NCBI GenBank assembly: GCA_017501465.1
Contig: JAFVWY010000015.1
Coordinates: 107,422 to 171,421 of the forward strand
DNA length: 64,000 bases
Source: Bacilli bacterium
GTDB taxonomy: Bacteria > Bacillota_I > Bacilli_A > ML615J-28 > CAG-313
Reading direction: 5' to 3'
Positions within the stretch are counted from its first letter, which is position 1. Each line of letters opens with the position of its first letter. Shown in pieces: positions 28,056-36,848 of this stretch. The notes below the pieces were generated by a model, which ran no database searches, had not been told where the DNA came from, and saw only the letters and a list, made by a program, of their open reading frames with translations. The translations under genes and the position numbers were made by a program.

Positions 28056-28280
28056 ATGTATTATTTAGATTACATTTTATTAGCAGTTTCTATTTTATTA
28101 ATATTAATTATAGTAATTCAAAATCCAAAATCTGAAGGTATGAGTGCTTTCTCAGGTGAAAAAAGTGATAAAGCTAAGATCAAACAACGTGGTTTTGAAA
28201 AAACAATTAGCAATGTAACTACAGTATTATCTGTATTATTCTTTGTTTGTTCACTATTATTATTAATTTTTGATCGCTAA
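28056..28280 (+). CDS. secG: Preprotein translocase subunit SecG
   Basis: Start at ATG 28056 (GGAGG RBS). Two TM helices with the LLILIIVIQNPKSEG motif. Confidence 0.85.
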   Translation: MYYLDYILLAVSILLILIIVIQNPKSEGMSAFSGEKSDKAKIKQRGFEKTISNVTTVLSVLFFVCSLLLLIFDR

Positions 28281-28283
28281 TAT

Positions 28284-28305
28284 AAAGGCCGTAAGGCCTT
28301 TTTTA
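28284..28305 (+). terminator. Rho-independent terminator
   Basis: aaaggcc gtaa ggccttt hairpin followed by a T-run. Confidence 0.75.
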
Positions 28306-28326
28306 TTCTTTTGAAAGGAGGAGAAT

Positions 28327-30390
28327 ATGAAAGATAAAATCTTGGATTTATTATCTACTAGTAATTATAAACCAATGGTTCCCCGACAAATTATGTCAGC
28401 CATTGATAGTGATAATTTAACAATGGTTATGAAGTGTTTAAATCAACTTGAAGATGAACATTTAATTATTCATGATAATGTAGGACATTATGCTACATTA
28501 GAATACTTTCATGTTTTCCTAGGAACCATTGATATAAAAGAGCGTGGTTTTGGTTTTGTAAGAGTAGAAAATCAAGAAAAAGATGTTTTTGTTGCCAAAA
28601 AAGATAAATTAAATGCAATGGATAAAGATTTAGTCTATGTCCAAGTCACTAAAAATACACCTAAAGGACCAGAAGGAGTAGTTATTGATATTGTCAAAAG
28701 AAATACAACCTCTGTTATAGGTATATTAAAGAAAAAGAATAATCATTATAATTTAGAGTTTTTAGATGGTAAAGATTTAAGTGTTACTATTTTACCCAAA
28801 AACATTAATAACGCTAAAGTAGGTGAAGTAGTTAAGGTGATTATTACTGACTTTGGTGATGGTCACGTTTTAAGGGGTAAAGTGGATAAAGTAGTAGGTC
28901 AAAAGAAAGATCCGGGAATGGATATTAAAATTTTAGTTGAGAATGCTAAAATACCAACAAATTTTTCGAGTAATGCATTAAATGAAGCTATTTCATTAGA
29001 TGATACTATTTCTTTTAATGGCCGAATTGATAAAACAAAGGATATAATTGTAACTATAGATGGTGATGACGCAAAAGACTTTGATGATGCAATTACAGTA
29101 AAAAAAATAGATCAAGATACTTATTTATTAGGAGTATATATTGCTGATGTATCACATTATGTAAAGGTTAATAGCTATCTAGATATTGAAAGTTACCAAA
29201 GAGCATTTAGCTGTTATTTGCCAAATGGAGTAATTCCTATGTTACCATTTGAACTATCTAATGAATTATGTTCTCTTAAACCAAATGAACTAAGATATGC
29301 TTTAGCGTGTGAAATGACTATTAAAGATGGCATCGTTATTGATAGTAATATCTTTAAGTCAGTCATTAAAAGTAAAGCAAGACTTACATATAATAATGTA
29401 AATAAAATGATAGAAGAAGATTCTATACCACAAGAACTAGTAATGTTAAAGGATGCTATTGATTTGGCGAATATTTTAGCAAAAAGAAGACATGCCAAAG
29501 GATCTTTAGATTTTGAAACAAAAGAAGCTAAGATTATATTAGATGATGAAATGCATTGTATTGATGTTGCCTTAATTAAAAGAGGTATAAGCGAAAAAAT
29601 GATTGAAGAATTTATGATCATTTGTAATGAAACAATAGCAGATAGGATATGTTATCTTGGTCTTCCGTGTATGTTCAGAATTCATGAGGAACCAAAATCC
29701 GAAAAGATTGCATCTTTAATAGAAATTGGTAAAATATTAGGTGTTACTATTCCTAAAAAACAAAATAGTATAAAACCTTTATTTCTACAACAAATTTTAG
29801 AAAAACCAGAGACTCAAGATAAAAAACATATTTTTAATCATTTAATTTTAAGAACAATGTCGAAAGCTAGATATAGTGATACTAATGTTGGTCATTTTGG
29901 CTTGGCGCTAACTAATTATACTCATTTTACATCACCAATTAGAAGATATTCTGATTTGGTTATTCACCGTTTAGTTAAAGATTACTTATTGGGTGAGACT
30001 AATTATGAAGATACTTTTATGGAAGAATATTTAAATAGTGTATGTGAATATATTAGTAATGTAGAAAAGAATATTGAATCATTAGAAAGAGATGTAGATG
30101 ATATGAAAAAAGCCGAGTATATGCAAAAAAGAATCGGTAATGTGTATACAGGTATGGTTTCTGGTGTTCAAAAATGGGGCTTCTATGTTGAACTTGATAA
30201 TAGTGTAGAAGGATTAGTTGATTCTGATTTTTTATATGATAATGGATATTACTTTGATGAACTTAAGTCACTTTGGCGAAGAAACAAAGACGAAATATAT
30301 CAAATAGGAACAGAATGTAAAATAAGAGTAGTAGGAGCTTCTAAGACAAGGAAAACGGTAGATTTTATTTTGGAGGATGATTATGAATAA
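28327..30390 (+). CDS. rnr: Ribonuclease R
   Basis: N-terminal HTH and cold-shock-like domains, RNB core (IDGDDAKDFDDA), C-terminal S1 domain. 687 aa. secG-rnr-smpB synteny. Confidence 0.95.
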   Translation: MKDKILDLLSTSNYKPMVPRQIMSAIDSDNLTMVMKCLNQLEDEHLIIHDNVGHYATLEYFHVFLGTIDIKERGFGFVRVENQEKDVFVAKKDKLNAMDKDLVYVQVTKNTPKGPEGVVIDIVKRNTTSVIGILKKKNNHYNLEFLDGKDLSVTILPKNINNAKVGEVVKVIITDFGDGHVLRGKVDKVVGQKKDPGMDIKILVENAKIPTNFSSNALNEAISLDDTISFNGRIDKTKDIIVTIDGDDAKDFDDAITVKKIDQDTYLLGVYIADVSHYVKVNSYLDIESYQRAFSCYLPNGVIPMLPFELSNELCSLKPNELRYALACEMTIKDGIVIDSNIFKSVIKSKARLTYNNVNKMIEEDSIPQELVMLKDAIDLANILAKRRHAKGSLDFETKEAKIILDDEMHCIDVALIKRGISEKMIEEFMIICNETIADRICYLGLPCMFRIHEEPKSEKIASLIEIGKILGVTIPKKQNSIKPLFLQQILEKPETQDKKHIFNHLILRTMSKARYSDTNVGHFGLALTNYTHFTSPIRRYSDLVIHRLVKDYLLGETNYEDTFMEEYLNSVCEYISNVEKNIESLERDVDDMKKAEYMQKRIGNVYTGMVSGVQKWGFYVELDNSVEGLVDSDFLYDNGYYFDELKSLWRRNKDEIYQIGTECKIRVVGASKTRKTVDFILEDDYE

Positions 30391-30841
30391 AACTAACAAA
30401 AAGATAATTGCACAAAATAAAAAAGCCCATCATGAGTATTTTATTGAAGATACTTATGAATGCGGCATCGTTTTAGTAGGTACTGAAATCAAATCTATTA
30501 GACTTGGTAAGGTAAGTATTAATGAGGCTTACTGTCAAGTAGCTAAAGGTGAAATGTATATTGAAGGTATGCATATTTCCAAATATGAATTAGGAAATAT
30601 ATTTAATCATGATCCTGATCGTAAGAGAAAACTGCTTTTACATAAAAGAGAAATTATTAAACTAGGTAATTATGTTAGTCGAGAAGGTTATACTTTAGTA
30701 CCATTATCTGTTTATATTGAAAATGGTAAATGTAAAGTTGAACTAGCTGTATGTAAGGGTAAAAAACTTTATGATAAAAGAGAAACTTTAAAAGAAAAAC
30801 ATATTAAGTTAGAACAACAGAAAAATTTAAAAAATTATTAA
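30383..30841 (+). CDS. smpB: SsrA-binding protein
   Basis: Start at ATG 30383, 6 nt after GGAGG. Typical SmpB sequence (GTEIKSIRLGKVSINEAY). Overlaps the end of rnr. Confidence 0.95.
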   Translation: MNKTNKKIIAQNKKAHHEYFIEDTYECGIVLVGTEIKSIRLGKVSINEAYCQVAKGEMYIEGMHISKYELGNIFNHDPDRKRKLLLHKREIIKLGNYVSREGYTLVPLSVYIENGKCKVELAVCKGKKLYDKRETLKEKHIKLEQQKNLKNY

Positions 30842-31125
30842 AGATTGGACTTTAAATGTTCAATCTCTTTTTTTAATTTCTCAATTTGATCGTTTATAGT
30901 ATTTAATTGATTTGTAGTTTGGTTAGGATATGGTTTGGTCCCCATAGTTAGTAAAATTTGTCCGACACATTCTAACCAGTTACCAATAGCATTTTGTTCT
31001 GGTTGAGATAAAAATTGACCTAAAATTAATCCAGAAATTGTTGCGACAGTAGCAAATTCAGTTGGAGATAAAGATTCTAACCATTTTGAAAATTTAGAAA
31101 TTTCTTCAAAGTCCTTGTATTCCAT
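30838..31125 (-). CDS. Hypothetical small protein (95 aa) with C-terminal coiled-coil
   Basis: ORF convergent with smpB, with a 4-nt overlap of the two stop codons. Hydrophobic central segment and a QIEKLKKEIEHLK heptad tail. No family recognised. Confidence 0.5.
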   Translation of the reverse strand: MEYKDFEEISKFSKWLESLSPTEFATVATISGLILGQFLSQPEQNAIGNWLECVGQILLTMGTKPYPNQTTNQLNTINDQIEKLKKEIEHLKSNL

Positions 31126-31198
31126 AATACATTATATGCTTGTAAAATTAATTATATTGTGATATAATATCTAAAATATTAAATAATTTGAGGGTATT

Positions 31199-31768
31199 AT
31201 GATTGATGTAATTATAATAAGTATATTACTTGGTGTTGGTTTGGCAATGGATGCTTGTGCGGTTTCGATGGCGAACGGATTAAATGAACCAAAAATGAAA
31301 ATATCTAAAGTATTGTTAATTGCAGGATGTTTTGGAGTATTTCAAGGTTTAATGCCTTTTATTGGATATTTAGTTGGTATGAATACTTTAACTAAAATTG
31401 AATGGATAATTCCTTGGGTAGCCTTGGCTCTTTTATCCTTTATTGGTTTAAAAATGATTATTGAGGGAAGAAAAGAAGAAGAAACTGAACAAGAAAAAAA
31501 GAGTCTCACATTTAGATTATTAATTATCCAATCAATTGCAACATCAATTGACGCTTTAACAGTTGGCTTTACGATTTCTAATTATTTATTAAAAGAGGCA
31601 ATAGCTTGTGTTTTAATTATTGCTTTTGTTACTTTTATTATTTGTATTTTAGGTATATACATTGGTAAGACGTTTGGAACAAAACTTGGTAATAAAGCAC
31701 AAATTTTAGGTGGTTTAATTTTAGTACTGATTGGTTTAGAAATTTTTATAACAGGAGTTTTCTTTTAA
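31199..31768 (+). CDS. mntP: Manganese efflux pump MntP (DUF204 repeats)
   Basis: Duplicated motifs GLAMDACAVSMANG and SIDALTVGF. 6 TM helices. 189 aa. Confidence 0.85.
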   Translation: MIDVIIISILLGVGLAMDACAVSMANGLNEPKMKISKVLLIAGCFGVFQGLMPFIGYLVGMNTLTKIEWIIPWVALALLSFIGLKMIIEGRKEEETEQEKKSLTFRLLIIQSIATSIDALTVGFTISNYLLKEAIACVLIIAFVTFIICILGIYIGKTFGTKLGNKAQILGGLILVLIGLEIFITGVFF

Positions 31769-31865
31769 GTATAAAGTTTGATTTATTCAAACTTTTTTTA
31801 TTTTGTATTGAAAATTATATAAAAAGATAGTATAATGTAATTTATAAAGATACTGAGGAAATCGT

Positions 31866-34800
31866 ATGAAAACAAAGGAATTAAGAAAGAAAAATAGAAT
31901 ATATAATTTATATATCGCAATGTGGGTTGTACCCTTAATCCTAGTTGAATTAATAGTGTTATTAAACTATCTTACTAAAGGTAATAAATTTATCTTTGGA
32001 ACATATTTTTTAAATATGTTGTTTGTTATAGTGGTATTTGCACCTGGTATTATTTTTAATTTCATTATTAAGAAAAAAGATGCCTTCCATAATAAAAAAA
32101 GAGGATTTTGGTTTTTCTTTATTCAATTGGCATTTATGGGTTGTTCATTTATTGGTTTAGTCGAAGCAGGTTTAGATGCAAGTAAAACAACTGAACAAGT
32201 GAAACAGGTTATTGAAATTATAAAAGGTACTAAGAAAACCATTTATTTAGAAGAAATAGGGATTGAATTAGAAATTAAAGATGAGTATTATATTGGTGAT
32301 GTTATAGATTTTAATATTAAGTATACTCCATCAAAAGCAACAGAAAAGGACTTATTAGTTGAAATAAGTAATAATATAGTAAATGTTGATTTAGAAAACA
32401 ATAAAATTGAATGTTTAGAAAATGGTGAATGTACAATTACATTTACCGATTCTCATAATAAAAAAGCAACTGACAGTATCACTATTAGAATTAATTCTGT
32501 TACTCTTGATAAAATAGTATTAAATAAAAACAAAGATATTTTCATTGATATTAATGAAGAATATCAATTAACCCCTGAATTAATTCCTGTTAATAGTGAA
32601 AATGTTGAGTTGAAATATACCTCTAGTGATACATCGATTGCTGTTGTTAATGAAGCAGGTATAGTTTTGGGGATAAAACCAGGAACTGTAAGAATCGATT
32701 GTTATGATAATGATGTTAGAGATAGTGTTTATGTGACTGTCGCGCCAATTACTGAATTTAGTTTAGATTGGCAAAATATCGAATTAGAAGCAGGGTATGA
32801 AAATAGAACATACCTAAAATTAGCTCCTGATCAAATTGAGTCATATAATCCTGCATATTTAACTGTTAAATCAAGTTCAAATTATGATGTGGATATTTTG
32901 ATTGAAGGTATCGATTTAGTTAATAAAAATATTCCTATTTTATTTATTAATCATGAAGAACAATTATATGGCAATAAAAATATAGAAATTACTATCGATT
33001 ATACATATCCGGGTGGACATAAAATTACTAATAAAGTTAAAATAAAATTAATGGGAGATACTTTATTAAATTATAAAGATATTGATTTTGCTAAAACTAA
33101 AACTAATTATGATTTTACAATTTTTCATGATGGAAATGATAATTTAATTTCCAAATATATTGAAATTCCTATTTTTTATACATTAGACACAAGCAAATAT
33201 TTAGATAATTTTTATATAAAAGAACAAAATAATAAACAAATTGATTATTCTTATTCTAAACAAGATAAAATTGTTTTATATTTTGAAGAATTTAATCTTT
33301 TGGAAAATGAATATATTATTGAATTCTATCCTAATAAAGATATTATGGATGATGAACATGTTATTGTTTTTAATATAACTCTAAATAAAAATCAAATTGT
33401 TAATCCGAATACTAATTTTGAATTTTCTTACTTATACGAAGATTGCGAAAATAAAAAGAATGAAATTTGGTATTCTTATTTTGATGAAAAACTTTTTAAT
33501 AATTATTCATTTGAAGATGTTAACTTACAAAATAGTGGTTTAGTATTCTTCTTTAATGAGGAGTTTTTAGATAAAGTTGATATTGAGTTAGACGACTATG
33601 GCTATGTAACTAAAGCTAATTTAAAAGATAAAATTAATAACTGGTATATTAAAGAAGAAATGAAATTGGAATTTAGTGTATGTTCAAAATACGAATATGA
33701 TAAGGATGTTAATTGTCCAAAGAAAACATATACTATTGATGTAAAAAAAGAATTTAATAGTTTATTAGTTAGTGTTAATAATGGACCATATTTAGAAAGT
33801 ATTTCAGATATCGTTATTAAAAAAGGAGAACAAATTAAGTTTGATTGTAAGTGTGTTGTTGACCTAGAATATAAAGGTGATTTCCAAGAAGATTTTGAAC
33901 ATTCTAATTATATTTTTAATTCCGATGATCTTGAGGTAGCCTTTATTGGTAATGGAATAATAAAAGGTATTGAGTATGGTATTACTACAGGTTCGATAGG
34001 TTATAATAAACTGTATGTTAATAATACTTTTGAAAAAGAATTTGAAATTAAAGTAGTTAATGAATTAGGAATTGTTCCAACTGAAAACTATATTCAGTAT
34101 CATGTAGAATCTTTCGATAATTGTAAACCAGATTTGGAAAATGAAATTTTTGCAACTGGTACAATTTTAGAGTTTTCAATGTATTTTGGCTCTAATTTTG
34201 AATTTACTTCTAGTAATACAAACATCTTTGAATTCTCTGGTTCTAATGTGGGTAAATGTATTGGTAGCGGTGAGGTAAGTATAATTGCAACTAATAATAG
34301 TAATCCTAATGAAAAGTTTTTGATTACTTTCAAAGTTTACGAAGATGTTAAAAAAATAGAATTACTGAAGGGTGGTTTTATTGAAATTAGCTCTTCCAAT
34401 AATGTTTATTATTTACAAGCAAAAACCAATAAACGTTATCTTTTCACTTTTTCTAATGATCAAAATTATGAATTTGTAAATGTTGATGAAAACAAAGATT
34501 TAGTATTAGATGAAAATGGTGGAATTGTAATGGTAAAAGCTGGTACTTATCATGTATTGGTTACTGTGGGAGAAGAAGATTCGCCATATAAGACAAGTCA
34601 ATATGTGGTTATTACGGTTACAGATGATGGAATTACCAATAACTTTAAATTCTTTATTAGAAAAGCTATAGGGCATTTTGGCTTATTCTTTGTGACAGGA
34701 GTATTTGCATCTATTGCATTATTGTTTATGAATTGCTTTAAAATTAGAAATAAAATTTTTGCTCTACTTTACACTTTAGGCTTTGGCATTTTCTTAGCAT

Positions 34801-34955
34801 TTTCTACTGAATATATGCAGAAAACAGATCCTTCTAGATACTGTTCTTTTAGTGATATTTTGTTAGATTGTTATGGTTATTTTTCTGCCTTTATTATAAT
34901 TCTAATTATATATTGTTTAAATAGTTTGAGAAAAAACAAATTAAATAAAAAATAA
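31866..34955 (+). CDS. Large polytopic surface protein: N-terminal TM block, Big_2 Ig-like repeats, C-terminal VanZ-like domain
   Basis: 1029 aa. Clear Big_2 unit around 32498-32745 (YTSSDTSIAVVNEAGIVLGIKPGTVRI). VanZ-like tail around 34630-34930 (AIGHFGLFFVTG ... STEYMQ ... DILLDCYGY). Confidence 0.75.
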   Translation: MKTKELRKKNRIYNLYIAMWVVPLILVELIVLLNYLTKGNKFIFGTYFLNMLFVIVVFAPGIIFNFIIKKKDAFHNKKRGFWFFFIQLAFMGCSFIGLVEAGLDASKTTEQVKQVIEIIKGTKKTIYLEEIGIELEIKDEYYIGDVIDFNIKYTPSKATEKDLLVEISNNIVNVDLENNKIECLENGECTITFTDSHNKKATDSITIRINSVTLDKIVLNKNKDIFIDINEEYQLTPELIPVNSENVELKYTSSDTSIAVVNEAGIVLGIKPGTVRIDCYDNDVRDSVYVTVAPITEFSLDWQNIELEAGYENRTYLKLAPDQIESYNPAYLTVKSSSNYDVDILIEGIDLVNKNIPILFINHEEQLYGNKNIEITIDYTYPGGHKITNKVKIKLMGDTLLNYKDIDFAKTKTNYDFTIFHDGNDNLISKYIEIPIFYTLDTSKYLDNFYIKEQNNKQIDYSYSKQDKIVLYFEEFNLLENEYIIEFYPNKDIMDDEHVIVFNITLNKNQIVNPNTNFEFSYLYEDCENKKNEIWYSYFDEKLFNNYSFEDVNLQNSGLVFFFNEEFLDKVDIELDDYGYVTKANLKDKINNWYIKEEMKLEFSVCSKYEYDKDVNCPKKTYTIDVKKEFNSLLVSVNNGPYLESISDIVIKKGEQIKFDCKCVVDLEYKGDFQEDFEHSNYIFNSDDLEVAFIGNGIIKGIEYGITTGSIGYNKLYVNNTFEKEFEIKVVNELGIVPTENYIQYHVESFDNCKPDLENEIFATGTILEFSMYFGSNFEFTSSNTNIFEFSGSNVGKCIGSGEVSIIATNNSNPNEKFLITFKVYEDVKKIELLKGGFIEISSSNNVYYLQAKTNKRYLFTFSNDQNYEFVNVDENKDLVLDENGGIVMVKAGTYHVLVTVGEEDSPYKTSQYVVITVTDDGITNNFKFFIRKAIGHFGLFFVTGVFASIALLFMNCFKIRNKIFALLYTLGFGIFLAFSTEYMQKTDPSRYCSFSDILLDCYGYFSAFIIILIIYCLNSLRKNKLNKK

Positions 34956-34978
34956 AGAGCCTTTTGGCTCTTTTTTTT
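34954..34978 (+). terminator. Rho-independent terminator
   Basis: aaagagcc tttt ggctcttt hairpin followed by a T-run. Confidence 0.8.
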
Positions 34979-35076
34979 AATATTATGTTCCAAGTAGTGT
35001 TTTAAAAATCAAACCTATTATTGAGTTAAATAATCCTGTTAGCGTTCTTAATAAAACAAATGGCCTAAGAAAATCA

Positions 35077-35289
35077 ATGATTATGTTAGTTAATAAGCTT
35101 CAAAAATGTGATACTAATTATCAAATTATTCCATCATATACTTATAATTCTAATAATTTGAAAACTCTTATTCAGATGACTGATGATAAATATAAAAAAG
35201 CTATGATTGAATATGACAATATCGATCCAACCATAGCATGTCATTGGGGTTCTAATGCGTTTGGCTATATTTTTGTTGAAAAGAAATAA
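35077..35289 (+). CDS. Questionable hypothetical ORF (70 aa)
   Basis: The only ORF in a 400-nt gap, with no RBS and no motif. Confidence 0.25.
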   Translation: MIMLVNKLQKCDTNYQIIPSYTYNSNNLKTLIQMTDDKYKKAMIEYDNIDPTIACHWGSNAFGYIFVEKK

Positions 35290-35360
35290 AATTAATTAAT
35301 AGTAACAATTATATTTATTTTTTTGATATAATAAATATATAATAACATAGGAGGAAATAT

Positions 35361-35588
35361 ATGAAAAAATGGTTTAACTCATTACCTAGATTAGTTCAAG
35401 TTATTCTATTATTAATCCCTTTCTGTAATTGGATTATGGAATTAGGTGTTAGATGGGGTCACTTTGCTGAAAGAAAAGGTGTTTTATCTTTAATTTTAGC
35501 TATTTTAACTATTCCTGGTGGTGTTTTATTTGGTTGGTTAGACGTTATTTGGACTCTATTATTCAATCATTTATTCTTAGCTAGATAA
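35361..35588 (+). CDS. Small membrane protein (75 aa, 2 TM)
   Basis: AGGAGG RBS 7 nt upstream. Two hydrophobic helices. Strong terminator downstream. Confidence 0.55.
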   Translation: MKKWFNSLPRLVQVILLLIPFCNWIMELGVRWGHFAERKGVLSLILAILTIPGGVLFGWLDVIWTLLFNHLFLAR

Positions 35589-35592
35589 TAAT

Positions 35593-35625
35593 AAAAAAAC
35601 AAGTATCATATGATACTTGTTTTTA
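35593..35625. terminator. Bidirectional terminator
   Basis: Palindrome caagtatca / tgatacttg flanked by A7 and T5 runs. Serves the convergent genes on either side. Confidence 0.8.
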
Positions 35626-35638
35626 TTTAGAAAAAAAT

Positions 35639-35803
35639 TTATTTTAATTCCCACATATTTCCTTTTTTAGAAGTGGCTGGAAGTCGGTCTCCTTGTTCAA
35701 TAGTAACTGTTCTTGCATCTTGAACTTTCTCACCATTAGGACCTACTTCAACATAAGTTCCAGCTTTTTGATTATCAGTGCCTGGTTTAATATATTTACT
35801 CAT
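35639..35803 (-). CDS. YjzC-like small protein (54 aa; absent from the ORF track)
   Basis: The reverse complement translates to MSKYIKPGTDNQKAGTYVEVGPNGEKVQDARTVTIEQGDRLPATSKKGNMWELK. AAAGGAGG RBS. The GTYVEVGP...LP.T...G..W pattern matches the YjzC family as I remember it. Confidence 0.7.
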   Translation of the reverse strand: MSKYIKPGTDNQKAGTYVEVGPNGEKVQDARTVTIEQGDRLPATSKKGNMWELK

Positions 35804-35869
35804 AAAATACCTCCTTTACATTATTATTATGGTTGAATTAAAGTCTTTTATACATTTAATAATAAATAT

Positions 35870-35898
35870 TTGACATTTGTTTTGTAGTTTTATATAAT
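35870..35898 (+). promoter_or_regulatory. Consensus sigma-A promoter
   Basis: TTGACA (35870-35875), 17-nt spacer, TATAAT (35893-35898). Confidence 0.55.
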
Positions 35899-35918
35899 AA
35901 AAATAAGAAGAGGTATTT

Positions 35919-36398
35919 ATGTATATTAGACATGCTGAAATGATAGATTTAGAACAGATATTAAAAATTTATGAACACGCTAGATCCTTTATGAAGGAAA
36001 ACAATAATCCCAATCAATGGAAACATACTAATCCTCCATATGAACAAGTGATAAAGGATATTGAAAGTAAACATTCTTATGTTTGTGTTGATGATAAAAT
36101 ATTAGGAGTGTTTTATTTTAATATTGAAAAAGATCCAACATATCAAAAAATTTATGGTGAATGGTTAAATGATAAAACATATGGCGTTATTCATAGGATT
36201 GCGGTATTAGAAAATTCAAAAGGAGTTGGTACTTTCTGTATCAACTGGGCTATTAGTCAAATTGATAATGTTAGAATTGATACGCATGTAGACAACATTC
36301 CTATGAGAAATTTACTAGCAAAACTTCATTTTAACTACTGTGGAATTATTCATTTATTAAATAAAGAAGAGCGGTTAGCATATCAATATAGTAAGTAA
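35919..36398 (+). CDS. GNAT family N-acetyltransferase
   Basis: 159 aa. Acetyl-CoA-binding motif IAVLENSKGVGTFCINWAI. Confidence 0.85.
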   Translation: MYIRHAEMIDLEQILKIYEHARSFMKENNNPNQWKHTNPPYEQVIKDIESKHSYVCVDDKILGVFYFNIEKDPTYQKIYGEWLNDKTYGVIHRIAVLENSKGVGTFCINWAISQIDNVRIDTHVDNIPMRNLLAKLHFNYCGIIHLLNKEERLAYQYSK

Positions 36399-36424
36399 AA
36401 AGTCTATTATCTAGACTTTTTTTA
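36397..36424 (+). terminator. Rho-independent terminator
   Basis: agtcta / tagact stem extended by A/T pairs, followed by a T7 run. Confidence 0.6.
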
Positions 36425-36454
36425 TTATTTAATTTGACTTTTATGAAAATATAT

Positions 36455-36482
36455 TGTATCATTGTATTAGTTAAGTGATACA
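36455..36482 (+). promoter_or_regulatory. Candidate operator (inverted repeat TGTATCA-N14-TGATACA) for the GntR/YtrA-like repressor
   Basis: Perfect 7-bp arms at 36455-36461 and 36476-36482. They overlap the -10 region and the transcript start downstream of TTGACT (36434-36439). Confidence 0.35.
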
Positions 36483-36493
36483 GCGAGGCAGCC

Positions 36494-36847
36494 ATGAAAT
36501 ATACATTTGATAATGAACGACCAATATACTTACAAATCGTAGATATTATAACAAAAGAAATTACAAACGGTATTATTAAACCAGGTCAAAAAATATTGTC
36601 TGTTAGAGAATATGCTATGGAATTTAAAGTCAACCCTAACACTATTAGTAAAGCATTAATGATGTTAGAAAATGATGCTTTAATTATCACAGAACGAACA
36701 AATGGCAAATTTGTTACTTCAAATTTAGAAGTAATTAATAAACATAAAGAAACTATTATTAAAGATAAAATTAATTCTTTTATAGAAGAATTAAGTCAAT
36801 TAGGACTTTCTAAAGAAGAAGTAATTAAAATATTAAAGGAGAATTAG
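36494..36847 (+). CDS. GntR-family transcriptional regulator (YtrA subfamily, short C-terminus)
   Basis: 117 aa. Winged HTH LSVREYAMEFKVNPNTISKAL. Confidence 0.85.
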   Translation: MKYTFDNERPIYLQIVDIITKEITNGIIKPGQKILSVREYAMEFKVNPNTISKALMMLENDALIITERTNGKFVTSNLEVINKHKETIIKDKINSFIEELSQLGLSKEEVIKILKEN

Positions 36848-36848
36848 T

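Noticed and set aside
30842-31198. Looked for ssrA (tmRNA) downstream of smpB, as in Bacillus.
   Set aside because: The space is occupied by a convergent 95-aa ORF, and only 73 nt of non-coding sequence remain. No tRNA-like acceptor/T-arm sequence is visible.
31126-31198. Looked for a yybP-ykoY (Mn) riboswitch in front of mntP.
   Set aside because: The spacer is only 73 nt and is mostly taken up by a TTGTAA-17-TGtGATATAAT promoter. There is no room for a ~100-nt four-way junction.
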